Source: a virus
Lineage: Duplodnaviria > Heunggongvirae > Uroviricota > Caudoviricetes
DNA: 64,000 bases
Strand: one strand, 5' to 3'
Virus record (IMG/VR): IMGVR_UViG_3300036856_000037
Position numbers and translations under genes: made by a program. Positions within the stretch are counted from its first letter, which is position 1. The number at the start of each line of letters is the position of its first letter. Below the pieces are notes generated by a model that was given only the letters and a program-made list of their open reading frames with translations, was not told the origin of the DNA and did no database searches. This document shows, one piece after another, positions 18,636 through 26,901 of this stretch.

Positions 18636-20384
18636 TCAGATACGCCCTGCGGCGAAATCTGACATCAGTTGCGGGACATTGCTGTCGAAGCCACTGATGT
18701 CCAAACTCGACGGGTCCTTGGGGTCGGCAATGCTGAAGTTGGTCGCCGTCATCGCGATGACACCGTACTTGACGTCATGGCCCACGAACTGCCGGTACTG
18801 CTCAAGGGCCTGCCACGGGTGAATCTGTCCGAACCAGGTCTCGTTGTCCGTGAGAGTCCAGATGGCGTCGAAGTCCAGCTTGTTGTGCATCGCCCACAGC
18901 ATGGGAAGCGCACAGTCGGTAGCGCCGAACGACAACTGCGCCATGTACTGGCACACGTCGTCCAGCCGACGCCGGGGGTCGATGTCCAGGCGTGTCGCCA
19001 CACCCGGGCGACCCCAGCCGCCGAAGCTACCCTGCCGTCCGTCCGAGAAGCCGATGATGTCGGCGTCCTGCTCAACGTTCAGCGTGACCAGCGACAGGGC
19101 TCCGACTGCCTCACGGCAGGTGATCGGCAGGCCGCTGGCCGGGCTCCCCATCGAACCCGACACGTCGCAGGCCAGCAGGATGCGCTTACGCGCCGCCTCC
19201 ACCGCGCCGTACGCGGCGTAGAACGCCTGGTCCAGCGCGTTGCTGACCTTGCGATCCGGCGTCCAGGTGCTATCACCGCGCGCACTGCGCCCACTCGCGT
19301 AGGTCCGCTGTGCCACCAACACGTTGATCGGGTGCACACGGCCACGCTTGAGCACCGCTGGGTCGGTGAGCTGCTTGACGATGGCCTTGCTGTAGCTGCT
19401 GTCCTGCGTCAGGCCCAGGTTGGTCAACCGGGGGAGCTGACGCAGGAGAGCAGTGATCGGGATGCCCTGGTCGAACAACGCCTCCCACACCGCTGGGATG
19501 CCCAGCGCCTTGTCCGGAAGCATCTCCCACGACATGCCGTTACCGTGCTGGATGATCTCCGTCCAGCGCCGTGCCGCCGACTTCTCACTGGCCGTGGTGC
19601 TCTGCGCCTCCAGGAAGTCGTTGACCAACGCGGGCAAGACCGTCTCATCGTGGTCCAACCACGTGCGGTAGTGCTCACGGTGTGTCCGGTTCAGGTGCTC
19701 AACCTGGGCCTCCTCGCGCTTGCCACCGGTGTCGACGGCGTAGCGGTAGAGGTGGTCACGCACCGAGTCGTCTGGCTGACCAATGTCGGGGTTGGCGTGG
19801 CTCAGCGCCAGCAGGTCACGGTGCATCCACCCTTCTCGCTGGCGGTACTTGAGGATCTGGTAGGCCAGCTTGTCGACGGGCTTCTGGTTGTACCAGTTGG
19901 CGACGGCGCGCTTGAACGCTCGGCCCCAGCCACGAAACTTGCGGATGTCGTTCTCCGCGCCGGGGTCGATGTAGCCGACGAACTGGTACAGGTGCGTGGC
20001 CGTACGGCACACCTGGTTCACCTTGGTCAGCGCGTAGGCGCGACCCTCATCGCCACCGAGGCTGACGGCCACGGCGAGCGCGAAGATGCACGGATTCTGT
20101 CGCGGCGCGCGGCCGGCGAGGGAGATTTCCACGACGGTGTCGACCAGCGTGATCGGGTCCTTCATCGCCATGTCCATCACGATCTGCGCGTTCTCCAGCG
20201 TGATGTCCTTGGACGACGTGTAATACGTGCCGCCCTCTGACCCCAATGTCAGCCAGCGACGAAGCCGCGCAAGTGGGTCGATCTCGAACACGAAGCCACC
20301 GGCGTTGTTCTTCGCCGTCGCAGCACCCGCGGGGCGGGACTGTGGCGTGGTGCGGATCGAAATACCCCTGAGCGTGTCAACCAT
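18636..20384 (-). CDS. rsr: Ro60/Rsr orthologue (TROVE domain + C-terminal vWA/MIDAS)
   Basis: ~580 aa; N-terminal TROVE-like region (GGFVFEIDPLARLRRWLTLGSEGGTYY); C-terminal vWA with LLACDVSGSMGSP MIDAS motif; start taken at second ATG with GGGAG spacing 6. Confidence 0.7.
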   Translation of the reverse strand: MVDTLRGISIRTTPQSRPAGAATAKNNAGGFVFEIDPLARLRRWLTLGSEGGTYYTSSKDITLENAQIVMDMAMKDPITLVDTVVEISLAGRAPRQNPCIFALAVAVSLGGDEGRAYALTKVNQVCRTATHLYQFVGYIDPGAENDIRKFRGWGRAFKRAVANWYNQKPVDKLAYQILKYRQREGWMHRDLLALSHANPDIGQPDDSVRDHLYRYAVDTGGKREEAQVEHLNRTHREHYRTWLDHDETVLPALVNDFLEAQSTTASEKSAARRWTEIIQHGNGMSWEMLPDKALGIPAVWEALFDQGIPITALLRQLPRLTNLGLTQDSSYSKAIVKQLTDPAVLKRGRVHPINVLVAQRTYASGRSARGDSTWTPDRKVSNALDQAFYAAYGAVEAARKRILLACDVSGSMGSPASGLPITCREAVGALSLVTLNVEQDADIIGFSDGRQGSFGGWGRPGVATRLDIDPRRRLDDVCQYMAQLSFGATDCALPMLWAMHNKLDFDAIWTLTDNETWFGQIHPWQALEQYRQFVGHDVKYGVIAMTATNFSIADPKDPSSLDISGFDSNVPQLMSDFAAGRI

Positions 20385-20491
20385 TTCCATCTCCCTTCTT
20401 CTCTTCAAAGCACACGCAGCACCGACGCCGATTCGTTAATTGGGGTGCTTAACACCCCGTCGACTTCCTTGGCGTCTATGCTGCGTGTGAA

Positions 20492-20564
20492 GGCGCGAAC
20501 GAAACAAGTGAGCACCGAACTAATTTCGGCAAATGAGATAATCGATGCTCATCCGGCTCGCGCC
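20492..20564 (-). ncRNA. Y-RNA-like module 6 (short; terminal stem GGCGCGA/TCGCGCC, lacks tRNA-like core)
   Basis: conserved GAGCCGGA-N5-AUCGAUUAUC hairpin and UUCGUUCG 3' motif; unit-specific complementary ends. Confidence 0.35.
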
Positions 20565-20575
20565 AAAAATCTTGT

Positions 20576-20722
20576 GAGAGTGGCGAACGAAAAAGTGTAG
20601 ACCCGTGTTTTAGTGCTCTGCCAGGCTGAGCTACACCCCACCATTGGTGGGGTGACGGGATTCGAACCCGCGACCACTCGATCCCAATTCGATAACGAAT
20701 CCGCATCCGGCTCGCCACTCTC
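20576..20722 (-). ncRNA. Y-RNA-like module 5 with permuted tRNA-like core (T-arm, acceptor-like hairpin, D-arm)
   Basis: 11-bp terminal stem GAGAGUGGCGA/UCGCCACUCUC; GGUCGCGGGUUCGAAUCCCGU-CACCCCA-ccaaugg-UGGGGUG-UA-GCUCAGCCUGGCAGAGC. Confidence 0.5.
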
Positions 20723-20742
20723 AAAAGTTAGTGACCTGAACG

Positions 20743-20854
20743 AAATTCGGCATCCAGCTGAACTGGATTTCTCCAGCCGCAGGGACTTCTACCTCCCCGC
20801 TTAGCGTTTAGGGCTCGCCAGCCGCAGATAACTGAATACACTCCGGCTCAGGTC
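20743..20854 (-). ncRNA. Y-RNA-like module 4 (terminal stem UGACCUGA/UCAGGUCA; no T-loop)
   Basis: conserved GAGCCGGA...UUCAGUUAUC hairpin; internal hairpins. Confidence 0.35.
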
Positions 20855-20863
20855 AACGTACAA

Positions 20864-21002
20864 GGTCCGAACGAAAATGTGACGACCGGCGTTTTTAGGG
20901 TGGGATTTGAACCCACGACCTTCACCCGCGAGGGCGATGCTCTACCAACCTGAGCTACCCCGCTAATTTGTGCGGATAACCGAACGTGCTCCGGCTCGGA
21001 CC
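20864..21002 (-). ncRNA. Y-RNA-like module 3 with near-complete tRNA-like core
   Basis: terminal stem GGUCCGA/UCGGACC; GGGGUAGCUCAGGUUGGUAGAGC ... GGUCGUGGGUUCAAAUCCCAC, but no canonical acceptor pairing and a 6-nt anticodon-like loop. Confidence 0.5.
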
Positions 21003-21010
21003 GAAGTTGT

Positions 21011-21145
21011 GGTGGCGAACGAAGTAGTTGTCGACTCGCGTTTAGCGACTTAGGCCTCTCGTCCACACCCCGAAGGGTGACGGGATTTGAACCCGCGTCT
21101 CTCTTTTTGACAGAAAGGTAACGAATAGACTTCCGGCTCGCCACC
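21011..21145 (-). ncRNA. Y-RNA-like module 2 (T-arm + acceptor-like hairpin closed by UUCG)
   Basis: terminal stem GGUGGCGA/UCGCCACC; GCGGGUUCAAAUCCCGUCACCCuucgGGGUG. Confidence 0.45.
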
Positions 21146-21158
21146 GAAGTTTGTAGGA

Positions 21159-21257
21159 GACGCGAACGAAGCAGTTGCCGCCGGATTCACACCCCTACGC
21201 GGGGTGAGAAGGATTCGAACCTTTTAGCCGATAACCGAACAGCTTCCGGCTCGCGTC
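21159..21257 (-). ncRNA. Y-RNA-like module 1 (T-arm + acceptor-like hairpin)
   Basis: 10-bp terminal stem GGAGACGCGA/UCGCGUCUCC; AAGGUUCGAAUCCUUCUCACCCCgcguaGGGGUG. Confidence 0.45.
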
Positions 21258-21274
21258 TCCCTATGAAATTTTCT

Positions 21275-21302
21275 AAGAGCGGTTGCGCCTGAACGCAATG
21301 CT
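21275..21302. promoter_or_regulatory. palindromic element TTGCGCCTGAACGCAATGC (second copy at 47545)
   Basis: TTGCG-N6-CGCAA inverted repeat in divergent intergenic region. Confidence 0.35.
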
Positions 21303-21371
21303 GATGACCTTAACAGGATGTGTGGACGCTTGTCCACCCCTTTTCCCCGGCGCGTCATATATGCTAGTCAC

Positions 21372-22046
21372 ATGGCCTATAACACCGAGGACTTCCCTAG
21401 TCAGCAGGCTGATGCGTGGTCGAAGGTCGTCGGACGCATGGTGGACAGGCCCACTGAGGCGGCATTGAACGGCAGTGTCAACGGGCCGGGTTCGAGCCTG
21501 GAGTACACCCGCTACATGCGCAAGGCGCTCCCCGACCTGCTGCGCAAGTACGGCATCACCACGATGCTTGATGCACCCTGCGGGGACTGGACGTGGATGC
21601 GGACGCTGGACCTGACCTTCCTGTACAGCTACATCGGCATGGACGTGGAGCGCCGGCTGATTGAGGCCAACCGGCTGAGCACGCTGAGCTTGAAGAACGT
21701 CACCTTCGTGTGCGCCAACCTGCTGACCCGCAAGACGTTCCCCCGGGTGGACCTCATCCTGTGCCGGGACTTTCTCGCTCACCTGCCCAATGAGTACATC
21801 AGCCAGATGCTCGAGCGGTTCAAAGCAAGCAAGAGCACCTACTTGCTTGCTTCTAACTACCCCGGCGCCTCCAACGTGTTCCACTACAAGCCCGAGGAAT
21901 ACCCCTGGCTGGGGTACCTGGAGCGGCCACATGACCTGCGGCTCAACCCCTTTGACTTAAAACAGCTCGACGCCATATCCGAACAATCACCCCCAGGGGG
22001 AGTCATCGCCAAGAAGCACGAACTTGCTTTGTTCTACCTGCAATGA
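21372..22046 (+). CDS. class I SAM-methyltransferase-like protein (paralogue of 40991..41650)
   Basis: LDAPCGDWTWM motif-I-like, RVDLILCRDFLAHLPNEY, KSTYLLASNYP. Confidence 0.5.
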   Translation: MAYNTEDFPSQQADAWSKVVGRMVDRPTEAALNGSVNGPGSSLEYTRYMRKALPDLLRKYGITTMLDAPCGDWTWMRTLDLTFLYSYIGMDVERRLIEANRLSTLSLKNVTFVCANLLTRKTFPRVDLILCRDFLAHLPNEYISQMLERFKASKSTYLLASNYPGASNVFHYKPEEYPWLGYLERPHDLRLNPFDLKQLDAISEQSPPGGVIAKKHELALFYLQ

Positions 22047-22723
22047 ACCTCTCCGTGCGCGCCACGTCCGAGGAGGAACTGGACCATCCAAGTACCAAGT
22101 TCCTCGACTACCGCAAGGTAATGGAGGAGCTGGCGGTGATCAATCGCGTCACGCTGACCCACCGCGCGGTGCTGGCGTGGCTGGCCAGTCAGGGACGGGA
22201 GAAGTTCTCCCTCATCGACGTCGGGTGTGGGGGCGGTGACCTCTTGCGCGCGATCCAGCGCCGCTACCCCCAGGCGCGCCTGGTCGGCATCGACAGCAAC
22301 CCGCGCGCCGCCACGGTGGCGCGGGAGCAACAGCTCATGCAGGAAACCGACACCCCCATCCACTACCGGACGGGGAACGTCTTCCACACCCCGCGGTCCA
22401 TCAAGGCGGACTACATCGTCAGCTCTCAGGTGGCCCACCACTTGGACGATGATGAGGTGGTCAAGCTCCTGCAGTGGATGGACGACCGGTCGTATATCGG
22501 CTGGCACCTGACTGACCTGCACCGGAATGCTTTCGCGCTCTATGCCTTTCAATTCATCGGCGGCGCTATTGGCCTGCATCACATCACCGTTGATGACGGC
22601 GTTATTTCCATCTCTCGCGGTTTCCGGCGTAGGGAATGGAAAGAATTCATCGAGCGCGCCCAGGTGGACGCGAACATTGTGTGGCATCCGTTATTCCGGT
22701 ACAGCATCAGCCGAATTAAGTAG
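22043..22723 (+). CDS. SAM-dependent methyltransferase
   Basis: motif I LIDVGCGGGDLL; ATGA-coupled to upstream gene. Confidence 0.65.
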   Translation: MNLSVRATSEEELDHPSTKFLDYRKVMEELAVINRVTLTHRAVLAWLASQGREKFSLIDVGCGGGDLLRAIQRRYPQARLVGIDSNPRAATVAREQQLMQETDTPIHYRTGNVFHTPRSIKADYIVSSQVAHHLDDDEVVKLLQWMDDRSYIGWHLTDLHRNAFALYAFQFIGGAIGLHHITVDDGVISISRGFRRREWKEFIERAQVDANIVWHPLFRYSISRIK

Positions 22724-22732
22724 CGACACACC

Positions 22733-22800
22733 GGGGTTAATACTGAAGTGCCAGGTAGCTGGCATATAATATAGCCACGCTGGCAACCGGCCAGCTACCT
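22733..22800 (+). promoter_or_regulatory. promoter/operator/leader element copy 4 (GTGCCAGGTAGCTGGCATATAAT + GCTGGCAACCGGCCAGC)
   Basis: -10 TATAAT 22765-22770; perfect downstream palindrome; RBS AAGGAAAGGAAAG. Confidence 0.5.
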
Positions 22801-22816
22801 GAAGGAAAGGAAAGTT

Positions 22817-23821
22817 ATGCCCGGTACGTTTGGCTTTGCGATATTTATTTTCATCGTCGCGGCCATCATCGTTCTCGTGGGAGTCGGAGGGATATTCGCC
22901 GGCAGTAAAGAGACGACCATCGGCGGCATCGGCATCGGTGTGGCGGTGGCATTACTCATCGGCCTGCCGCTGACACTGGTCGCCTCCTATGACCGCGTCG
23001 ACACGCGCAACGTCGGCATCCTGACAGACTTCGGCAGGCCGGATGGGGTCCAGGGCGCTGGGGTGTGGTGGCACGCGCCGTGGAAGCAGGTGCACGAACT
23101 GCCGGAGTCCATCCAGTTGCAGGCGTTCGAGTCCAACAGCTTCGACGACGCAAGCAAGGGTCAGGGTTCCAACAACAACCCGGCGGCCATCGGCGTTCGG
23201 CTGGCGAACAATTCGATGGCGTATGTCAACGCCAACCTGAACTGGCGCATCAAGGAGGGCGCGGCGCAGAAGCTATTCCAGGACTACGGCGGCGGCAACG
23301 TCTTCGGGACCATCAAGGAGCAGTTGGTCGACCGTCAGGAGCAGGTGGCGCTGTCCAAGGTGTTCGCCAAGTTCAACCCGCAGATTGTGGCGACGGCGAA
23401 TGCACCGGCGCCGGGTCAACCGGCACCACCGCCGCCTGGGCCTATCACGGCACCCGCGCAGGGCGCTAGCCTGCCCGACCTGGCCAGGGAAGTGAAGCAG
23501 GACCTGCAGGGTGCGGTGGGCGCGGAGATCGAAATCCTGGATGTCCGTATCCAGGGGATCTTCTACGACCAGCAGACCCAACAACGCATCGACATGTTCA
23601 ATCAGAAGGTGCAAGAAACCATGAATGCGGCGCAGGACGTCAAGACGGCTGAGCAACAGCGGGACGCGGCTATCCAGCGTGCCCAGCAGCCCAAGCCAGA
23701 CCTGACCATCGCGGTGTTCAACTGCATCCAGGAGGCGGTGGCGCAACACCAGCCGCAGAACGCCGCCGGGTGCTGGGGTCAGATTGGCGGGCAGCCGCTC
23801 ATCCAACTGCCCAAACCGTAG
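22817..23821 (+). CDS. SPFH/band-7 (HflK/C- or stomatin-like) membrane protein
   Basis: N-terminal TM helix, RVDTRNVGILTDFGRP band-7 start, long coiled-coil and Pro-rich C-terminus. Confidence 0.6.
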   Translation: MPGTFGFAIFIFIVAAIIVLVGVGGIFAGSKETTIGGIGIGVAVALLIGLPLTLVASYDRVDTRNVGILTDFGRPDGVQGAGVWWHAPWKQVHELPESIQLQAFESNSFDDASKGQGSNNNPAAIGVRLANNSMAYVNANLNWRIKEGAAQKLFQDYGGGNVFGTIKEQLVDRQEQVALSKVFAKFNPQIVATANAPAPGQPAPPPPGPITAPAQGASLPDLAREVKQDLQGAVGAEIEILDVRIQGIFYDQQTQQRIDMFNQKVQETMNAAQDVKTAEQQRDAAIQRAQQPKPDLTIAVFNCIQEAVAQHQPQNAAGCWGQIGGQPLIQLPKP

Positions 23822-23870
23822 TACTCCGCCAAATCCTCAGACGCGAGCGACTGCATTTTCGGCGGATTAG

Positions 23871-23906
23871 GCCAGGGCGCGGGTGGTTCACTGCCCGCGC
23901 CCTGGC
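23871..23906 (+). terminator. intrinsic-terminator-like hairpin (13-bp perfect stem GCCAGGGCGCGGG/CCCGCGCCCTGGC)
   Basis: perfect GC-rich inverted repeat, CTCTTTTT 10 nt downstream. Confidence 0.5.
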
Positions 23907-23930
23907 GCTTCTGCGCCTACTCTTTTTCCC

Positions 23931-24302
23931 ATGGAAGAGTGGAAACCCGTCCGTGGATTCGAGGAGTATTACATCGTCTCCAACATGGGCATCATCCGCT
24001 CTCTGGACCGCTTTGTCCGAGGTAAGGACGCCAGCGCGCGCAAGATCAAGGGACAGGAGCTGACGCCCCGGGTGCGCGCTGATGGCAGCTTCGCCGTCAA
24101 CCTGTGGCGCGACAACGTCTACCACCAGATTCCGGTGGCGCGCATTGTGCTCGAGGCTTTTGACCGGCCCCGGCCCCTGGGACACGACGCCAGGCCGACC
24201 AACCGCAACCCCGCCGATAACCGGTTGAGCAACTTGCGCTGGCGACTTGATGGACGACTTCGTAGAGCAGAGTCCATTAAGCGTCGGACAGGCCAGCTCT
24301 AA
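23931..24302 (+). CDS. HNH homing endonuclease with NUMOD4 motif
   Basis: MEEWKPVRGFEEYYIVSNMGIIRS is a NUMOD4 signature. Confidence 0.6.
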   Translation: MEEWKPVRGFEEYYIVSNMGIIRSLDRFVRGKDASARKIKGQELTPRVRADGSFAVNLWRDNVYHQIPVARIVLEAFDRPRPLGHDARPTNRNPADNRLSNLRWRLDGRLRRAESIKRRTGQL

Positions 24303-24311
24303 ATACCCACT

Positions 24312-24372
24312 ACTGATGTGCCAGGCGACTGGCGTATAATGGTCAGCGCGGCGGCAGTACGGCAGCCGCGTG
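24312..24372 (+). promoter_or_regulatory. promoter/operator/leader element copy 5 (CTGATGTGCCAGGCGACTGGCGTATAAT)
   Basis: -10 TATAAT 24335-24340. Confidence 0.5.
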
Positions 24373-24383
24373 GGGAGAACGAC

Positions 24384-24710
24384 ATGGAGATCAACTGGGT
24401 GTCCAAGCATCACCCTTTCCTGGTCCATTCCACGGACTGGGAGTGGTGGCTCATCAAGACCCGTCGCCTGCCGTTCGCGATGTGGGATGTCTACCGCAAG
24501 ACCCAGGTGCCCTACCCCGGCGGCCCGCCGATTGAACGGTATGCCGGTGGCTTCTGGTCCAAGCGTGCCGCCACGCAGTGGGCACAGCGACGTCATGATG
24601 AAGAACTTCAGTCGTGCGAGTGGAAGCGCATGACTGGCGAGGCCCCCGGCGCTGCACCTCTCCCCCCTGTGCGCGCCGGGGAGCCCTCACAACCCAGGGG
24701 TGCCGAATGA
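24384..24710 (+). CDS. hypothetical protein
   Basis: start at M23 of ORF 24318..24710 after GGGGAGAAC. Confidence 0.45.
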   Translation: MEINWVSKHHPFLVHSTDWEWWLIKTRRLPFAMWDVYRKTQVPYPGGPPIERYAGGFWSKRAATQWAQRRHDEELQSCEWKRMTGEAPGAAPLPPVRAGEPSQPRGAE

Positions 24711-25036
24711 AAATCGACCTGGTGACCGAGACCATCACTGTCGCTGGCATCAGACTGCCGTGGCGGCAACGCAAGACCTACCCGCCGAACCTGCATAAAG
24801 TGCTCAAGCATGGCGAGGTATTCATCCCTCTTGACCTGCTTCAAAAGGTGTGTGATCGCACCGCAGACGACTACCTCTACCACCCCATCCCCGCGTGGGA
24901 GGTGACCCACCAACAGGAGTGGGCACTAATCGAGGAGGGGTTGGCCGAGAAGGAAGCGCGCGGGTTTATCCACGGGACAGAGCGTGGCCGGCGAGTATTG
25001 GCCCAGCTGAAAGAACAGCAGGAAAAGACCGCCTGA
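24707..25036 (+). CDS. hypothetical protein
   Basis: ATGA-coupled. Confidence 0.45.
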   Translation: MKIDLVTETITVAGIRLPWRQRKTYPPNLHKVLKHGEVFIPLDLLQKVCDRTADDYLYHPIPAWEVTHQQEWALIEEGLAEKEARGFIHGTERGRRVLAQLKEQQEKTA

Positions 25037-25236
25037 TGAAGAAGATCCGTGTCGACCTGCGGGCATTCGCACCAGAAGAGATTGTGACCAGAGAAAAGGT
25101 GTATGCCCAACTCGACGAAGAGTCCGCCGAGCAACTTAAAGAGTATGACCGGCTTGTTGCGCTGGGACCAGGCGGGCGCACCGACGCGGAAACCACACGT
25201 CTGCAAGCGCTCGCGCTGCATATTGACATTGGATGA
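25036..25236 (+). CDS. small hypothetical protein
   Basis: TGATG-coupled. Confidence 0.4.
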   Translation: MKKIRVDLRAFAPEEIVTREKVYAQLDEESAEQLKEYDRLVALGPGGRTDAETTRLQALALHIDIG

Positions 25237-25451
25237 GAAAGGACTGCCTGATGGGGTATTGGAGCCAGGACGAGGACGGCAATTCCTTCGCCGGTGACGG
25301 CTCGATGGTTTGGGGTGATGCACCCGCCGACATCGTCGGTGACGCGCTGGCCGACATTGTCGCCGTCTTCACCGCCGACGTGGGGCGACCCCCCACCGAC
25401 GCGGAATTGCGCGCCGGGTGGGAGTTCAGCGTCAGAGCGCGCGAGGACTAG
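25233..25451 (+). CDS. small acidic hypothetical protein
   Basis: 72-aa ORF. Confidence 0.4.
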   Translation: MRKDCLMGYWSQDEDGNSFAGDGSMVWGDAPADIVGDALADIVAVFTADVGRPPTDAELRAGWEFSVRARED

Positions 25452-25455
25452 GGGC

Positions 25456-26289
25456 TTGACGACGTGTAGTAAATGCGCCACTCCTGGACAGGGTCGGCGC
25501 GGCCTGTGCAAAGCCTGCTGGGCACGTGACCGGAATAAAGTTAGCTGGACCTCCAGCTACGTGGACGCTGATCCGGTACGCATTCACCTCAAAGACCTGC
25601 AGGCCGCGGGCCTGGGACTGCGCCGCATCGCTGACCTGTCGGGGGTGAGCCGCAAGCAACTGCACTGGATTTTGTATGGCCGCAAAGAACGCGGGACACC
25701 GCCCAGTCGCCAAATCCTGGGGACCAATGCCGAGGCCATCCTGGCCGTCCCCGTCCCTGAACTCATCCACCAGGTGGCCAGCGACAGTGCCCTAGTCCCG
25801 GCGTACGGGACCACCCGGCGGCTCCAGGCGCTGGTGGCGCTGGGTTATACCCAGCACGACCTGGCCGCGCGCCTGGGCCTGCTGGACACCAACTTGGCCC
25901 GGCTGGTCTATGGGCCACCGGTGGTCAAGCGGGGACGCCGGAAGCGCATCACGGCGAAGATGGCACGCAAGGTCGAGGCGCTGTATGCAGAGTTATCCGA
26001 GACCCCTGGCCCCAGTCGGCGCAGTCTCAACCGGGCAAAGGCCCTCGGGTGGTTGCCGCCCATTGCGTGGGATGAGGACGTCATCGACCTGCCGCACCCG
26101 TGGCTGGACCGCAGGGCCGCGCGCGGTATCGGGGTGACGACGGAATCTAGTTTGCTGACGACGTATGATGACCTGCGCGCCGTGGGCTACACCCTGCGCG
26201 AGATCGGCGCCAAACTCGGACTGTCCGAGGAGGAGCTGGTCAAGGCGCTCAAGAAAAAGCGCCGCCTTACTCAGTTGGGTGAAATCTGA
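25456..26289 (+). CDS. DNA-binding protein with N-terminal zinc ribbon and three tandem HTH-like repeats
   Basis: TTG start after GAGGA; CSKCATPGQGRRGLCKAC; repeats AAGLGLRRIADLSGVSRKQL / ALGYTQHDLAARLGLLDTNL / AVGYTLREIGAKLGLSEEEL. Confidence 0.5.
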   Translation: MTTCSKCATPGQGRRGLCKACWARDRNKVSWTSSYVDADPVRIHLKDLQAAGLGLRRIADLSGVSRKQLHWILYGRKERGTPPSRQILGTNAEAILAVPVPELIHQVASDSALVPAYGTTRRLQALVALGYTQHDLAARLGLLDTNLARLVYGPPVVKRGRRKRITAKMARKVEALYAELSETPGPSRRSLNRAKALGWLPPIAWDEDVIDLPHPWLDRRAARGIGVTTESSLLTTYDDLRAVGYTLREIGAKLGLSEEELVKALKKKRRLTQLGEI

Positions 26290-26424
26290 ATTCTGTCGGC
26301 AGTGTCGTGGTGAGGTGGCCGGAATTTCGGCGCTCCCCGTGCGGATAGGCCAGGGTGTGACAGTCACAGCAGACGTCACTTCCTGGCATCCGCGTTCGTG
26401 TCAGGCAGATAGTGCACACGGTTC

Positions 26425-26901
26425 CTACTCTCCGCACCCGGCGTCGTCGAATTGTTGCCACGGGACAAACCCTCCATGGGGACACCAGAAGCCCCAGGCA
26501 CGTCCGCGCCGTCCGGTCATAATCACCGTCCAGCACGGCTTCTTGCCATAGGTCCCGTCCTTGCGGAAGCCGTTGACCAGCGCCACCCGGTGCCGGTACG
26601 TTCCGGCGCGGTAGGCCACCGACCATCGCCGGCGCGGGTGTGGGTTGCCTGGGACGGGTGTGTACTCCAGGTAATAACCCTTGATGATCCAGGAAATGAA
26701 CCACCACGGGTGATCGTGTAGCGCGGTATCGACGTCATCGCGCAAAAACTTGTGCAGATAAAGATTGCAGAATCCGTTGCGTGGAATGAGATACCAGCGG
26801 TGTAAATACGGGTCCTCCACCGTGCCGATAATTTGGTGCGGGTGGCCTGAAACCAGCCTTCTCAGCCAGCTGTCGTTCGTTGGTCGGGTCCGTGTGGTCA
26901 C
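26425..26901 (-). CDS. hypothetical protein
   Basis: 158-aa ORF. Confidence 0.45.
   Translation of the reverse strand: MTTRTRPTNDSWLRRLVSGHPHQIIGTVEDPYLHRWYLIPRNGFCNLYLHKFLRDDVDTALHDHPWWFISWIIKGYYLEYTPVPGNPHPRRRWSVAYRAGTYRHRVALVNGFRKDGTYGKKPCWTVIMTGRRGRAWGFWCPHGGFVPWQQFDDAGCGE

Larger units (their letters stand above)
20492..21257 (-). repeat. tandem array of six 65-150-bp units with conserved borders and variable tRNA-like cores
   Basis: plus-strand CGAACGAA at 20496, 20584, 20747(TGAACGAA), 20868, 21016, 21163; TCCGGCTC at 20552, 20706, 20842, 20990, 21132, 21245. Confidence 0.7.

Noticed and set aside
18669-20240. 523-aa plus-strand ORF
   Set aside because: It is fully antisense to the rsr gene and Arg/Gly/Val-rich, typical of spurious reverse-frame ORFs in 64% GC DNA. 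The rsr frame has recognisable domains.
20576-21145. Ordinary tRNA gene cluster on the minus strand
   Set aside because: T-arm and D-arm consensus are present, but no unit yields a canonical acceptor stem formed from the 5' and 3' ends. Where present, the acceptor-like helix is a local hairpin. The best candidate has a 6-nt anticodon-like loop. They are retained as tRNA-mimic ncRNAs; tRNAscan-SE should confirm.
20492-21257. Possible CRISPR array, because of regularly spaced conserved motifs
   Set aside because: The units are 65-150 bp with two separate conserved segments and unit-specific inverted ends. The conserved parts are not single 24-48-bp repeats, and the spacers are not uniform. The structure fits tandem structured-RNA genes, not CRISPR.
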